DNA of 11,900 bases from an uncultured archaeon (GCA_964534625.1 CAZHRF010000065.1:1-11900), one strand, 5' to 3'. Numbered from the stretch's first letter, positions 1 through 9,285 are shown. Translations and numbers: made by a program. The notes: a model not told the origin generated them from the sequence alone.

Positions 1-61
1 ATAAATCAATTGCTTTTTCTATTTCCAATTTGCTTAATAATATGTGTATGTTCTATACCAC

Positions 62-865
62 TTAATTATATCTATATTTTTCAGAGGGGAATTTGAGTGT
101 TTTTACTTCATCTATATATTCTTGAATTGCTTTTTTTATAACTTCCTCTACATTTGTATAGCTCTTAACAAATTTAGGCTTAAAATTTGGAGTTAAACCT
201 ATAAGATCATCGATCACAAGAACTTGACCATCACAATATTCACCCGCACCAATGCCTATAGTAGGAATTGCAACATTTTCTGTAATTTTTTTTGCTAATT
301 GCCAAGGAATAGATTCAAGGACAATAGAAAAAACTCCTGCTTCTTCTAACATTAATGCTTGGTTGTAAATTCTTTCTGCATTATCTTTATCCTTGCCTTG
401 TACTTTGAAGCCTCCAAATTGATTAAAATACGTTGGAGTAAGCCCAATATGCCCCATTACAGGAATACCTATTGCTATGAGTTTTTTTATTTCATCAATA
501 CGTTCATTTCCTCCTTCCAATTTAATCGCTTGACAACCTGATTCTTTTATTAATCGTCCAGCATTTTCAACGGTTTTTGAAGGGTTAATGCCATAAGAAA
601 GGAAGGGCATATCACCAATAACTAATGTATTATTTGTACCACGAGTAACTGCACTCGTTAGCCTAATAGTATCATCTAAAGTGACTTTAAGTGTATCTTT
701 AAAACCTAAAACAGTCATGCCTAAACTATCACCAACTAGTATAGCATCAATACCAACATCATCGAGGATCTTAGCTATGGGAAAAGTATAAGCAGTAAGC
801 ATGGTGATTTTTTCACCATCAAGCTTCATTTTGTGAAAATCTTTAACAGTTACCCTTTTTGACAT
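62..865 (-). CDS. panB: 3-methyl-2-oxobutanoate hydroxymethyltransferase (ketopantoate hydroxymethyltransferase)
   Basis: 267 aa with PanB motifs KITMLTAY, ILVGDSLGM, GDMPF, KLEGG, MGHIGLTP, VLESIP, PTIGIGAG and DGQVLV. Starts 11 nt after the PPS stop on the same strand. Confidence 0.97.
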   Translation of the reverse strand: MSKRVTVKDFHKMKLDGEKITMLTAYTFPIAKILDDVGIDAILVGDSLGMTVLGFKDTLKVTLDDTIRLTSAVTRGTNNTLVIGDMPFLSYGINPSKTVENAGRLIKESGCQAIKLEGGNERIDEIKKLIAIGIPVMGHIGLTPTYFNQFGGFKVQGKDKDNAERIYNQALMLEEAGVFSIVLESIPWQLAKKITENVAIPTIGIGAGEYCDGQVLVIDDLIGLTPNFKPKFVKSYTNVEEVIKKAIQEYIDEVKTLKFPSEKYRYN

Positions 866-876
866 TATCTTATCAT

Positions 877-1680
877 CTACAAATTCTGTTCTAAGTTATT
901 TAATCTTGAGGTATCTTCTAATTTTCTTTCAGCAAGTTCAACTAACCTTTTGGATAAGAATTTGAGCGTGTTTTGTAATGATGCGTAATTATCGAACTTT
1001 CCTAGTATCTCTTCAAGATCCTTTCTCTTTTTCTTTTTTAATTCAGTAGCTAATTTTATCATTTCAGGTACAGCACGGATTACATTATTAACTATAGTTA
1101 CATTTGACCAGATGGATGTTCTAGACAAAGGATTGAGGTCTATTGTAATGACTTTTTTCCCTAGTTTTCTTAAAGCCATTGTACGATCTCCATCTTCAAG
1201 CGGTACAAGCACCACATCTGCAGAGTAGATCCCTCTCTCATCTACAATCCGTCTTAAATGTGAAATTTCGCTAATTTCTTTTTGGTATTCTTTATCATAC
1301 CCAAGAATCTTTTGTGCTCCATTATTTGTAAGTATTTGCCTAATGGCTTCCATCCTTTCAGGTCGTCTGTAAAAAAGATTAACTTCTAGAGGCGCACGAA
1401 CTAATTCTGACAATTCAATAATTTCTTTAGGACATAAAGCAGCAACATTACCGTTTACACTTATAATTGGGTGCTTTGCTGTCAACATCATTGTTATTGC
1501 AGCTTTTTCTTGTTCTAACGCTATATCTGGGGTTTTTTCTCCCAACAAATAGTCCATCGCTTCTCCGCGACCATGTGCTATTAATCCTGCTTCAGCTACT
1601 ATATTTCTGTGCATTCCGTCTATGACTTTTTCACGAATACGTAAAGATTCAGCTCGGGGATGATCATCTGGAACTGGCAT
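877..1680 (-). CDS. Archaeal 4-phosphopantoate--beta-alanine ligase (phosphopantothenate synthetase, PPS)
   Basis: Family motifs HPRAESLRIREK, GLIAHGRGEAxDYLLGEKT, ISVNGN, EVNLFYR, VPLEDGDR and IDLNPLSRT. The ORF track starts at TTG 1689; ATG 1680 (MPVPDDHPR) fits the family N-terminus and the upstream TATA-like spacing better. Confidence 0.93.
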   Translation of the reverse strand: MPVPDDHPRAESLRIREKVIDGMHRNIVAEAGLIAHGRGEAMDYLLGEKTPDIALEQEKAAITMMLTAKHPIISVNGNVAALCPKEIIELSELVRAPLEVNLFYRRPERMEAIRQILTNNGAQKILGYDKEYQKEISEISHLRRIVDERGIYSADVVLVPLEDGDRTMALRKLGKKVITIDLNPLSRTSIWSNVTIVNNVIRAVPEMIKLATELKKKKRKDLEEILGKFDNYASLQNTLKFLSKRLVELAERKLEDTSRLNNLEQNL

Positions 1681-1709
1681 AATATCCAACCAAGATATGG
1701 AGGTGTAAC

Positions 1710-1723
1710 TAATAAAATTTTTC
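1710..1723 (-). promoter_or_regulatory. Putative archaeal BRE/TATA promoter for the PPS-panB operon
   Basis: Minus strand reads GAAAAATTTTATTA, with TTTTATTA at 1717-1710 ending 29 nt before ATG 1680. The AT-rich background limits specificity. Confidence 0.5.
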
Positions 1724-1870
1724 TACTGGTTAGTACTTCCGAAATAGTGCTCTACTGCTATAATTTCGATAATCAAATAGGCAAAGATGAGTTCTAAACG
1801 AATAAAGTCTTTAATCTTTACGTTAATTCGGAAGTTCTACTGATATTCCTTGTCTTGCATGAACAAACTA

Positions 1871-1884
1871 ACAAAATTTATTAA
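1871..1884 (+). promoter_or_regulatory. Putative archaeal BRE/TATA promoter for the GT2 gene (likely leaderless mRNA)
   Basis: ACAAAA followed by TTTATTAA (1877-1884), ending 24 nt before ATG 1909. No Shine-Dalgarno motif precedes the ATG. Confidence 0.55.
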
Positions 1885-1908
1885 TAATAGCTAAATTCTC
1901 TATTTGCA

Positions 1909-3501
1909 ATGAAAGAACGAACAAGGAAAACCTTGAGTAGGATTAATCATATTGCAGGATATATCCTCTACATTTTCATGTTAATTTACGGAATTATGTC
2001 TTTAACATCAATTATCATTAATGCAACAATTTTAGGTGTGGGTGGTGTAATACTAAATATATTGGCACTCTTTTTTGAAATTGTTGGACCTGTTTATGCT
2101 ATATACTTCATGGTACAGCTACTGGATGGGTCGTTAAAAGTAGGAAAGATAGCGTACGATAAGGATAAAGTAACCAATGACACATTTGTGAGTGTTATTG
2201 TACCTATTCACAACGTTGACAAAGACATCCTTGGTGATACTTTGGAAGGTCTAAGCAATCAAACCTATCCAAAAGAATTGTATGAAGTCTGGGTTGGGGA
2301 TGACACACCTGATCCGGAGTTAAGAAAAGCATACAAAGAAGTTTGTGATAAGTACGGTTTTATTTATTATTATGAACCAAACGATCGGTTTAAAGCTCAT
2401 ATGATTAATCTTATTTTGCCTAAGACCAAAGGTGATATGATCTGTTTTTTTGATGTAGACCATATACCTGTTAAGGATGCATTGTTTAAATTTGTTGCAA
2501 TATTAGAACAACATCAACAGTTTTCCTTTGTTCAAGGGAAGTTCTCTTTCAGAAATGCAAATAATGCTCTAAGAGTATGGGAGGCCATGTCTATGGCTCA
2601 AATGTTTGCCTCTCAAAATGGTCGTAGAAAAAGCAAAACAGTGATGTTTCAAGGTTCCTCTGCATGCTTTAAACGGGATGCTGTTTTGGAATTACCGGAA
2701 GGCGTAAAAACTGAAGACTTCACGCATACTGTTAAATTGTTAAGTGAAGGAAAAATAGGCTATTTCTTAGATGAAAAAGTATCTATCTCTTTGGTTCCTG
2801 AAACAATTGGTCACCAGATGAGCCAATTATACCGTTGGATGTGCGGTCAAACGGGAGCTGTTTTTCAACACAAAAAAGAGCTATTTAATAGCAAAATGAC
2901 AATGAAACAAGCAATAGATATAATTTTTAGTAGCACTATTGTTTTAGTAGCAACATCTTTTTACTTCTTAGGGATTATTTATGCTATAATATATGCATTG
3001 AAAATACCCTTGTTTAGAGCATTAGGTATTAATGAATTGGCGTTAATTTTTATGCCAGTCCTAACATTTGTGGTCTATATAATTACATTGACAGCTACAA
3101 CGATTTATACTAATAAATCGAAAACATTTCCATTAAAACTATGGCATATACCTTTCTTCTTGACCTTTGGAAGTTTAACAGCACCATTCTTGCTTGTACC
3201 AGTAATGGCGGGAGTATTAGGACAGAACAAATTAGAACCAGGGAAAGAAGGATCATGGAATAAAAAACTGCCTCTTAAACGTTGGGGGGCATTCTACAGC
3301 TTAGTTGGAATACTGTTTACAGGATTAACAGCAATAAGTTTGTTAGATTTCTTTGGCATAATTCACTGGATGGGGGTCAATTATTACTTCATTTTGTTTG
3401 GAGTGATAGGTTTGACACTAGTCTGGGTTTATCCCTTTGTTATAAGTAGTGAGTTATTTTTCAAGCCAACGAATTATGAAGATACAAAAGTTTATCATTA
3501 A
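1909..3501 (+). CDS. Membrane-embedded processive family-2 glycosyltransferase, cellulose synthase (BcsA/CesA)-like
   Basis: Two N-terminal TM helices, then a GT-A domain with VSVIVPIHN, GDDT, FKAH (KAG-equivalent), FDVDHIP (DxD, D182), FQGSSA, TED (T268) and QLYRW (QxxRW, Q306), then about 5-6 C-terminal hydrophobic helices. No PilZ domain is apparent. Confidence 0.85.
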   Translation: MKERTRKTLSRINHIAGYILYIFMLIYGIMSLTSIIINATILGVGGVILNILALFFEIVGPVYAIYFMVQLLDGSLKVGKIAYDKDKVTNDTFVSVIVPIHNVDKDILGDTLEGLSNQTYPKELYEVWVGDDTPDPELRKAYKEVCDKYGFIYYYEPNDRFKAHMINLILPKTKGDMICFFDVDHIPVKDALFKFVAILEQHQQFSFVQGKFSFRNANNALRVWEAMSMAQMFASQNGRRKSKTVMFQGSSACFKRDAVLELPEGVKTEDFTHTVKLLSEGKIGYFLDEKVSISLVPETIGHQMSQLYRWMCGQTGAVFQHKKELFNSKMTMKQAIDIIFSSTIVLVATSFYFLGIIYAIIYALKIPLFRALGINELALIFMPVLTFVVYIITLTATTIYTNKSKTFPLKLWHIPFFLTFGSLTAPFLLVPVMAGVLGQNKLEPGKEGSWNKKLPLKRWGAFYSLVGILFTGLTAISLLDFFGIIHWMGVNYYFILFGVIGLTLVWVYPFVISSELFFKPTNYEDTKVYH

Positions 3502-3572
3502 ATAATGATGTATGAGTTAGCAAAGAGAGAACTGAATATTCACTAACTAATCACTTTACTAGAGATAAGACT

Positions 3573-4556
3573 ATGCAAAAAAATACTAATAATAATCTCA
3601 AAGTTAAAAAGAATACAACCAGTATGGTGGCATTATTCATCGCGGGATTATGTTTTGGTACAATCCCTATTTTTTCTGCATTTCTGAGAGATTATGGTGC
3701 TTCTAGTTTAGAACAAACAGTAAACCGCTTATTAATAGGAGCAATTTTTTCAATAAATGTTCTACTTTTCAGCCTAATCAATAAGAAAGAGCAGATGAAA
3801 TTGAGTTTAGGTAAGAAAACCCAAACAACTTATGCTTTACAAGGATTAATTATGCCTTTGATGATCATTGTTTATTTAAGTTCTGTATCAGTAGGAACAC
3901 CGGTAGGAGAAGCAGCTTTACTTGTACAAATTCATCCATTCGTTACACTATTTCTAGGCTGGCTAATTTTAAAAGAAGAAATATCCAAAATGAAGATAGG
4001 TTCATTATTTATGGCTTTTTTTGGAATCTTTTTACTCACGAAACCTTGGGAACTTAAAGTGCTTTCATCTTTATTGGGTGATCTTTTTGCTTTATTAAAT
4101 GGGGTATTTTACGCGTTGTATATTTTAGCTGGCACATATAGTGCAAAATATAGAAAAAACATTTCTTCTTTTATATCAATTAATTGGGTCATCATTTGGG
4201 CTATACTATTTGGTATTCCTTTAGTTTTAATAACCTCACTACTACCCTTCCCAGAGACTGTAGTTCGCCTTTCATTTTTATCAATGATATCTCCTCATAT
4301 CTTCATTTTTAGTTTATTATTAACAATGGTAGGTAGTTTTTTACCCTATAGCCTTATTATGCTTTCCTCTCCTCATGTTGAATCCTCTAAAGCATCAATA
4401 ATTCTTTTAGTTGAGCCTATTGGTGCTATCATTTTTGGTTCACTTTTTTTACAAGAACACATAAGTATATGGTATTTACTTGGTGGAACAATGATTTTAT
4501 TCGCGGTTCTTCTCTTGGTATTTGAAACTCGGAGAAAAAAAATGAAAAATATATAA
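3573..4556 (+). CDS. DMT superfamily (EamA-type) transporter
   Basis: 327 aa, about 10 TM helices in two repeats with EamA-like ends: GEAALLVQIHPFVTLFLGWLILKEEI and SKASIILLVEPIGAIIFGSLFLQEHI. Confidence 0.9.
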   Translation: MQKNTNNNLKVKKNTTSMVALFIAGLCFGTIPIFSAFLRDYGASSLEQTVNRLLIGAIFSINVLLFSLINKKEQMKLSLGKKTQTTYALQGLIMPLMIIVYLSSVSVGTPVGEAALLVQIHPFVTLFLGWLILKEEISKMKIGSLFMAFFGIFLLTKPWELKVLSSLLGDLFALLNGVFYALYILAGTYSAKYRKNISSFISINWVIIWAILFGIPLVLITSLLPFPETVVRLSFLSMISPHIFIFSLLLTMVGSFLPYSLIMLSSPHVESSKASIILLVEPIGAIIFGSLFLQEHISIWYLLGGTMILFAVLLLVFETRRKKMKNI

Positions 4557-4568
4557 ACGAGTACAAAC

Positions 4569-4599
4569 CAAGAGAAAAAGAAGTATCTATTTGCTCTTG
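4569..4599 (+). terminator. Possible hairpin downstream of the EamA gene
   Basis: CAAGAG (4569-4574) pairs with CTCTTG (4594-4599), with further imperfect inner pairing, 12 nt after the stop. Weak, and may be chance. Confidence 0.2.
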
Positions 4600-4685
4600 A
4601 TGAAAATATTTTTATTTCCTTATAACAAGATAATGTGCGTACTTAACATAAAACATTGAGTATAGTATTGAGATGAAATTTACTT

Positions 4686-5312
4686 ATGGATTCAAAATTT
4701 AATCTTCCAATTATTATTTTAGCTGCTGGAGAATCAAAACGGATGCAGTCCCTTGGTTATAAAGCTCTTTTAGAATTTAAAGGTGAGCCTTTCTTGCACC
4801 ATCAGATCCGCTGCTTAGAGGATATAGGTTTTAAGAATGAAGAAATATTGGTTGTCTTAAGTAACAAAAATAAAGAAAAACATATCCAAGCAATTCCTTA
4901 TCTCTTTTATTGTATAAACGAAAAGCCAAAAAGGGGAGCTTTTTCTTCCATACAATGTGGTTTAAAGAAGATCATGTCAATCAATGAGTATTTAGATGGT
5001 GTTTTTATTTTGCCTGTTGATACTCCTTGCCCAAAAAGAGAAGTATGGCAACAATTAGCAACAAATTTGTTTCAGAGTTTATCAGATGGTATGGTATCAA
5101 TTCCAGAATATTTAGGAAAAAAAGGGCATCCTGTTCTACTTCAAAAAGAATTTATTACTTATCTTCTAAGTCTCCCATCTAATAAAAGACTGGATTATGA
5201 GATCCATAATCAAAAAAAAGTTATAAGTAAAGTAGATGATGAAAAAGTAACTCTTAATATTAATACACCCCAACAATGGAAGACATTTAAGGAGAAATAT
5301 GCTTATGAATAA
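4686..5312 (+). CDS. Molybdenum cofactor nucleotidyltransferase, MocA-like (probable MCD cytidylyltransferase)
   Basis: NTP-transferase motifs IILAAGESKRM, KALL, LPVDTP, GHPVLL and NINTP. The stop overlaps the start of the Mo-hydroxylase gene; xanthine-oxidase-family prokaryotic enzymes typically use MCD. Confidence 0.85.
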   Translation: MDSKFNLPIIILAAGESKRMQSLGYKALLEFKGEPFLHHQIRCLEDIGFKNEEILVVLSNKNKEKHIQAIPYLFYCINEKPKRGAFSSIQCGLKKIMSINEYLDGVFILPVDTPCPKREVWQQLATNLFQSLSDGMVSIPEYLGKKGHPVLLQKEFITYLLSLPSNKRLDYEIHNQKKVISKVDDEKVTLNINTPQQWKTFKEKYAYE

Positions 5313-7971
5313 TACATGTAATGTCACGTTTACACTTAATGGTGAAAGATTAACCGTAGATTATGAGAAAGGAATGAGTGTCTTAGACATATTACGGGAG
5401 CAGTGTAATATAAAAAGTTGTAAAGATGGGTGCTCAGGTCAAGGATTTTGTGGTGCATGTAGCGTTTTAATAGATGGTAAAGCACGTATAACTTGTACAA
5501 GAGACCCTGAAACAGTTCAAAATAAAAACATACTTACTATTGAAGGATTTCCAGAAGAAGAAAAAGAATTATTATCATCTGCTTTAGTTAAAGAGGGGGC
5601 AATACAATGTGGGTTTTGCACTCCAGGTATTATGATCAGATTCAAGAGTTACTTGGATAATAATAAACTTCCAACCTCCAGAGAAGAAAAAGCAAAAGCT
5701 ATATCAAGAAATCTTTGCAGATGCACAGGTTACCAACGAATACTGGATGCGTTGGAAACAGCTGAGGAACATTGGATTAATAAAGTCCCTATAGATATTG
5801 AAGCTCCGCCTCGAAGAAACAAGCTTTTCGGTGAGAAGTATGGGTATAAAAGAACTTATACACCCAAGCCTGGTGGTATAGGATCAAATGTGAAGCGTTA
5901 TCGTGGATTAGAAATGGCTTTAGGAAAAAAACCCTATATAGCTGATATGGAAATGGAGCGATTGTTACATGGTGCCTTATTATTAAGTGAATATCCCCGC
6001 GCTAAAGTTAAAAAAATAGATATATCAACTGGTAAAAAATCTAAAGGAGTTATAGATATATTTACAGCAAAAGATGTTCCCGGAAAAAGAAAAACAGGAC
6101 ATATCTATCCTGATTGGCCGATCTTTGTAGATGAGGGAGAAATAACTAGATATGTAGGAGATGTACTGGCAATAGTTATAGCAGATTCTATGCATTATGC
6201 AAGAGAGGCTATAAAAAAAATAAAAGTCGATTATGAAATATTTGATCCTATTGCTGATCCCCTAGAAGCTCTAAAAGAGCGAGCGCCACCAATACATGAA
6301 ACAGGCAATCTTTTAAGTGAAACGCATTTTACAAGAGGAGATGTAGAGGAAACATTACAAAACTCGAGATATATCATAAAACAGCGCTTTAAAACTCAAA
6401 GAATAGAACATGCATTCATGGAAGTAGAAAGCTGTTTAGTTAAACCAACACAAAACGGTGTGCATGTATATTCACAAGGACAAGGAGTACACGAGGATCA
6501 AAGACAAATAGCAGAAGTATTAGGGTTAAAAAAAGAAAATGTTATAGTTGAACTGGTTTCAAATGGGGGCGCATTTGGAGGTAAAGAAGATCTTTCTTGT
6601 CAAGCACAAACAGCTGTTGCTGCCTATTTACTCAAGAAACCGGTAAAATTGGTGTTAACGAGAGAACAGTCTTTGAGAATGCATCCTAAACGCCATCCAA
6701 TGATTATGGATTATGAGGTTGGAGCTGATGAAAAAGGAAAGTTAACCGCTGTTAAAATGAGACTTGTAGCAGATACAGGGGCGTATGCTTCTGTGGGCGC
6801 ACAAGTCGTAGAACGGTCCGCGGGTCATGCTTGTGGAGTTTATCATGTTCCAGTTGTAGACATAGGATCAAAAGCAGTATATACAAATAATGTTCCATGT
6901 GGGGCTATGCGTGGATTTGGAGTTAATCAAACTAATTTCTGCATTGAAACTATTCTTAATATGATGGTTGAAAAAATGCGACAAGATGGTAACGATATAG
7001 ATGATTTTGAAATTCGAGAAAGAAATGTGTTAAGAGAAGGTCAACCTTTTGCTACTGGACAGTTAATGGAAAAGACTGTTAAAGGCATGCATCGTTGTTT
7101 AGAAATTGCTAAACCCATTTACAAAGAGAAGAAGACGAAGAAAGTTCCAATTGGTATAGCTTGTGCAATAAAAAATACTGGTATTGGTAATGGTTTAGCA
7201 GACACTGGAAGAGTACTTATCAAAGTGTTAGCAGCTGAAAAAATAGAGATACTAACAGGCTTTACGGAGATGGGACAGGGCCTATTTACCGTTCTTACTC
7301 AGTCCTTAACTGAAATTACAGACATTCCAGCTTCACACATGAGTGTGAAAACAATAAGTTTAGCCAAGACAAAATGTGGTATGACTACCGCTTCAAGAGG
7401 AACAGCTTTAGATACAATGGCAGCAAAAAGAGCAGCTCAAAAACTTGCTAAAGCTCTTGAAACCAAAACGCTAAAAGAATTAGCTGGTGAAGAGTTCCAT
7501 GGTGAATATATTAGTGACTTTACCATGCCACCTGGAACTGATACTGAAAATCCTGTGACTCATTTTGCCTTTAGTTATGCTGTACAGATGGCTTTACTTA
7601 ATGAACACGGAAAACTAGATAAAATATATGCTATTCATGATGTAGGTAGAGCCATTAACCCTTTGGCTTGTGCTGGTCAAATTGAAGGCGGAGTACATAT
7701 GGGTTTGGGCCATTCACTTTCTGAATCTTTTCCTTTAACTAATGCTGTACCCGATTCATTAAAAATGCGTGATTTGCAGATTATTAGTGCCAGAGATACA
7801 CCAGAAGTGGAAGTGATCTTAGTCGAAGAACCAGAAGAAGCTGGAGGATTTGGATCAAAAGGAATAGGTGAAATAGGATTAGTCCCGACAGCAGGAGCTG
7901 TAGCAGGAGCATTATATCAATATGATAAAACATGGAGATTCGAATTACCATTAACAAGAAAAGAAAAGTAA
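5305..7971 (+). CDS. Xanthine dehydrogenase-family molybdenum hydroxylase with fused 2x[2Fe-2S] and Mo-binding domains and no FAD domain; resembles the selenium-dependent XDH type
   Basis: Fer2 motif GCSGQGFCGACSV...C, Fer2_2 motif QCGFCTPG...NLCRCTGY, and Moco motifs GGAFGGKE, AMRGFG, EMGQG, GQIEGG and KGIGE. AAGGAGA at 5289-5295 favours ATG 5305 over ATG 5299. Confidence 0.92.
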   Translation: MNNTCNVTFTLNGERLTVDYEKGMSVLDILREQCNIKSCKDGCSGQGFCGACSVLIDGKARITCTRDPETVQNKNILTIEGFPEEEKELLSSALVKEGAIQCGFCTPGIMIRFKSYLDNNKLPTSREEKAKAISRNLCRCTGYQRILDALETAEEHWINKVPIDIEAPPRRNKLFGEKYGYKRTYTPKPGGIGSNVKRYRGLEMALGKKPYIADMEMERLLHGALLLSEYPRAKVKKIDISTGKKSKGVIDIFTAKDVPGKRKTGHIYPDWPIFVDEGEITRYVGDVLAIVIADSMHYAREAIKKIKVDYEIFDPIADPLEALKERAPPIHETGNLLSETHFTRGDVEETLQNSRYIIKQRFKTQRIEHAFMEVESCLVKPTQNGVHVYSQGQGVHEDQRQIAEVLGLKKENVIVELVSNGGAFGGKEDLSCQAQTAVAAYLLKKPVKLVLTREQSLRMHPKRHPMIMDYEVGADEKGKLTAVKMRLVADTGAYASVGAQVVERSAGHACGVYHVPVVDIGSKAVYTNNVPCGAMRGFGVNQTNFCIETILNMMVEKMRQDGNDIDDFEIRERNVLREGQPFATGQLMEKTVKGMHRCLEIAKPIYKEKKTKKVPIGIACAIKNTGIGNGLADTGRVLIKVLAAEKIEILTGFTEMGQGLFTVLTQSLTEITDIPASHMSVKTISLAKTKCGMTTASRGTALDTMAAKRAAQKLAKALETKTLKELAGEEFHGEYISDFTMPPGTDTENPVTHFAFSYAVQMALLNEHGKLDKIYAIHDVGRAINPLACAGQIEGGVHMGLGHSLSESFPLTNAVPDSLKMRDLQIISARDTPEVEVILVEEPEEAGGFGSKGIGEIGLVPTAGAVAGALYQYDKTWRFELPLTRKEK

Positions 7972-8030
7972 AAAAACATGAGTTGGATAGTGATTAAAGA
8001 TGATTAAAGAACAGTTAAAAGTGATTAGTG

Positions 8031-9239
8031 ATGAAAGATAAAATAATGGCAAAAACTGAAGAATATAAAGAAGATTTATTCAAATTTTTAAGAGATATTA
8101 TTAGTATCCCAAGTACAAGTGGAAATGAAAAGAAAGTAATCGAACGTATTAAACAAGAAATGGATAAACTAGATTATGATGAGGTTGTTATTGATGAGAT
8201 GGGTAATATTTTAGGGCGAATAGGAAATGGTAAACATGTTATTGCATTTGATGGACATATTGATACTGTCGGAGTAGGAAACAAAGATAATTGGAATCAT
8301 GATCCTTTTGAGGGATATGAAGATGATAAAATTATATATGGGAGAGGTGCCAGTGATCAAGAGGGGGGATTTGCATCTATGGTGTATGCAGGAAAGATCA
8401 TTAAAGAGTTGGATATAGCACGTGATACTACAATTTGGATGGTTGGTTCAATTCAAGAAGAAGATTGTGAGGGGCTTTGTTGGACACATATATTGGAAAA
8501 GGAAACTATAAAACCTGAATTTGTAATATTAACTGAACCAACATCTTGTAATGTTTATAGAGGTCATAGGGGGAGGATGGAAATAAAGGTAACAACAAAC
8601 GGGATAAGTTGCCATGGTTCAGCACCAGAAAGAGGAGCTAATGCTATCTATAAGATGGCACCTATTATTCAAGATCTAGAAAAATTAAATGAAAAACTGA
8701 AAAACGATCGATTTTTAGGAAAAGGAACCTTAGCTGTTTCCGAAATATTTTCTAGTTCTCCTTCTAGATGTGCAGTAGCAGATGAATGTTCAATATCTAT
8801 TGATAGACGATTAACCTGGGGAGAAACAAAAGAAACCGCTTTAGATGAAATAAGGGCTCTCCCTTCAGTCAATAAACACCATGCAAAAGTGGAAATGTAT
8901 ACTTATCATGTTCCATCATATACTGGATACCAAAAAAAGGTGGATTCCTATTTTCCTACATGGATGATAGAACAAGACAACCCTTTATGTGATATGTTAG
9001 TTGAAGCAGCAGAAGAAATAATGGAAGACGAAGTTTTATTGGACAAATGGACATTCTCAACTAATGGTGTTTCGATTATGGGTATGCATAACATTCCTTG
9101 TATAGGGTTCGGACCTGGGCAAGAAGACCAAGCACACGCTCCTAACGAAAAAATATTTAAAAAAGAATTAGTAATAGCTACAGCAGTATATGCAATTATA
9201 CCACTAAAATATTCAAAATTGCTAAAAAATAATCTTTAG
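8031..9239 (+). CDS. ygeY: YgeY-family M20 metallo-hydrolase (N-carbamoyl/ureido amidohydrolase-like)
   Basis: M20 metal motifs DGHIDTV, GRGASDQEGG, QEEDCEG, LTEPT and HAPNE. YgeY-typical segments YRGHRGRMEI, SCHGSAPERG, SPSRCAVAD and WTFSTNGVSIMG. Start is ATG 8031 or GTG 8028. Confidence 0.88.
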   Translation: MKDKIMAKTEEYKEDLFKFLRDIISIPSTSGNEKKVIERIKQEMDKLDYDEVVIDEMGNILGRIGNGKHVIAFDGHIDTVGVGNKDNWNHDPFEGYEDDKIIYGRGASDQEGGFASMVYAGKIIKELDIARDTTIWMVGSIQEEDCEGLCWTHILEKETIKPEFVILTEPTSCNVYRGHRGRMEIKVTTNGISCHGSAPERGANAIYKMAPIIQDLEKLNEKLKNDRFLGKGTLAVSEIFSSSPSRCAVADECSISIDRRLTWGETKETALDEIRALPSVNKHHAKVEMYTYHVPSYTGYQKKVDSYFPTWMIEQDNPLCDMLVEAAEEIMEDEVLLDKWTFSTNGVSIMGMHNIPCIGFGPGQEDQAHAPNEKIFKKELVIATAVYAIIPLKYSKLLKNNL

Positions 9240-9285
9240 AAACATGAAATAATATATTAAAAATGAAAATCATAGAGGAATAACA

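Noticed and set aside
1-28. Possible start of a next minus-strand gene (TTG at 28, MEIEKAIDL...)
   Set aside because: Only 9 codons are visible before the window edge, too few to support a call.
359-541. 60-aa plus-strand ORF
   Set aside because: Antisense shadow inside panB with no recognisable motifs.
8669-8872. 67-aa minus-strand ORF
   Set aside because: Antisense shadow inside ygeY.
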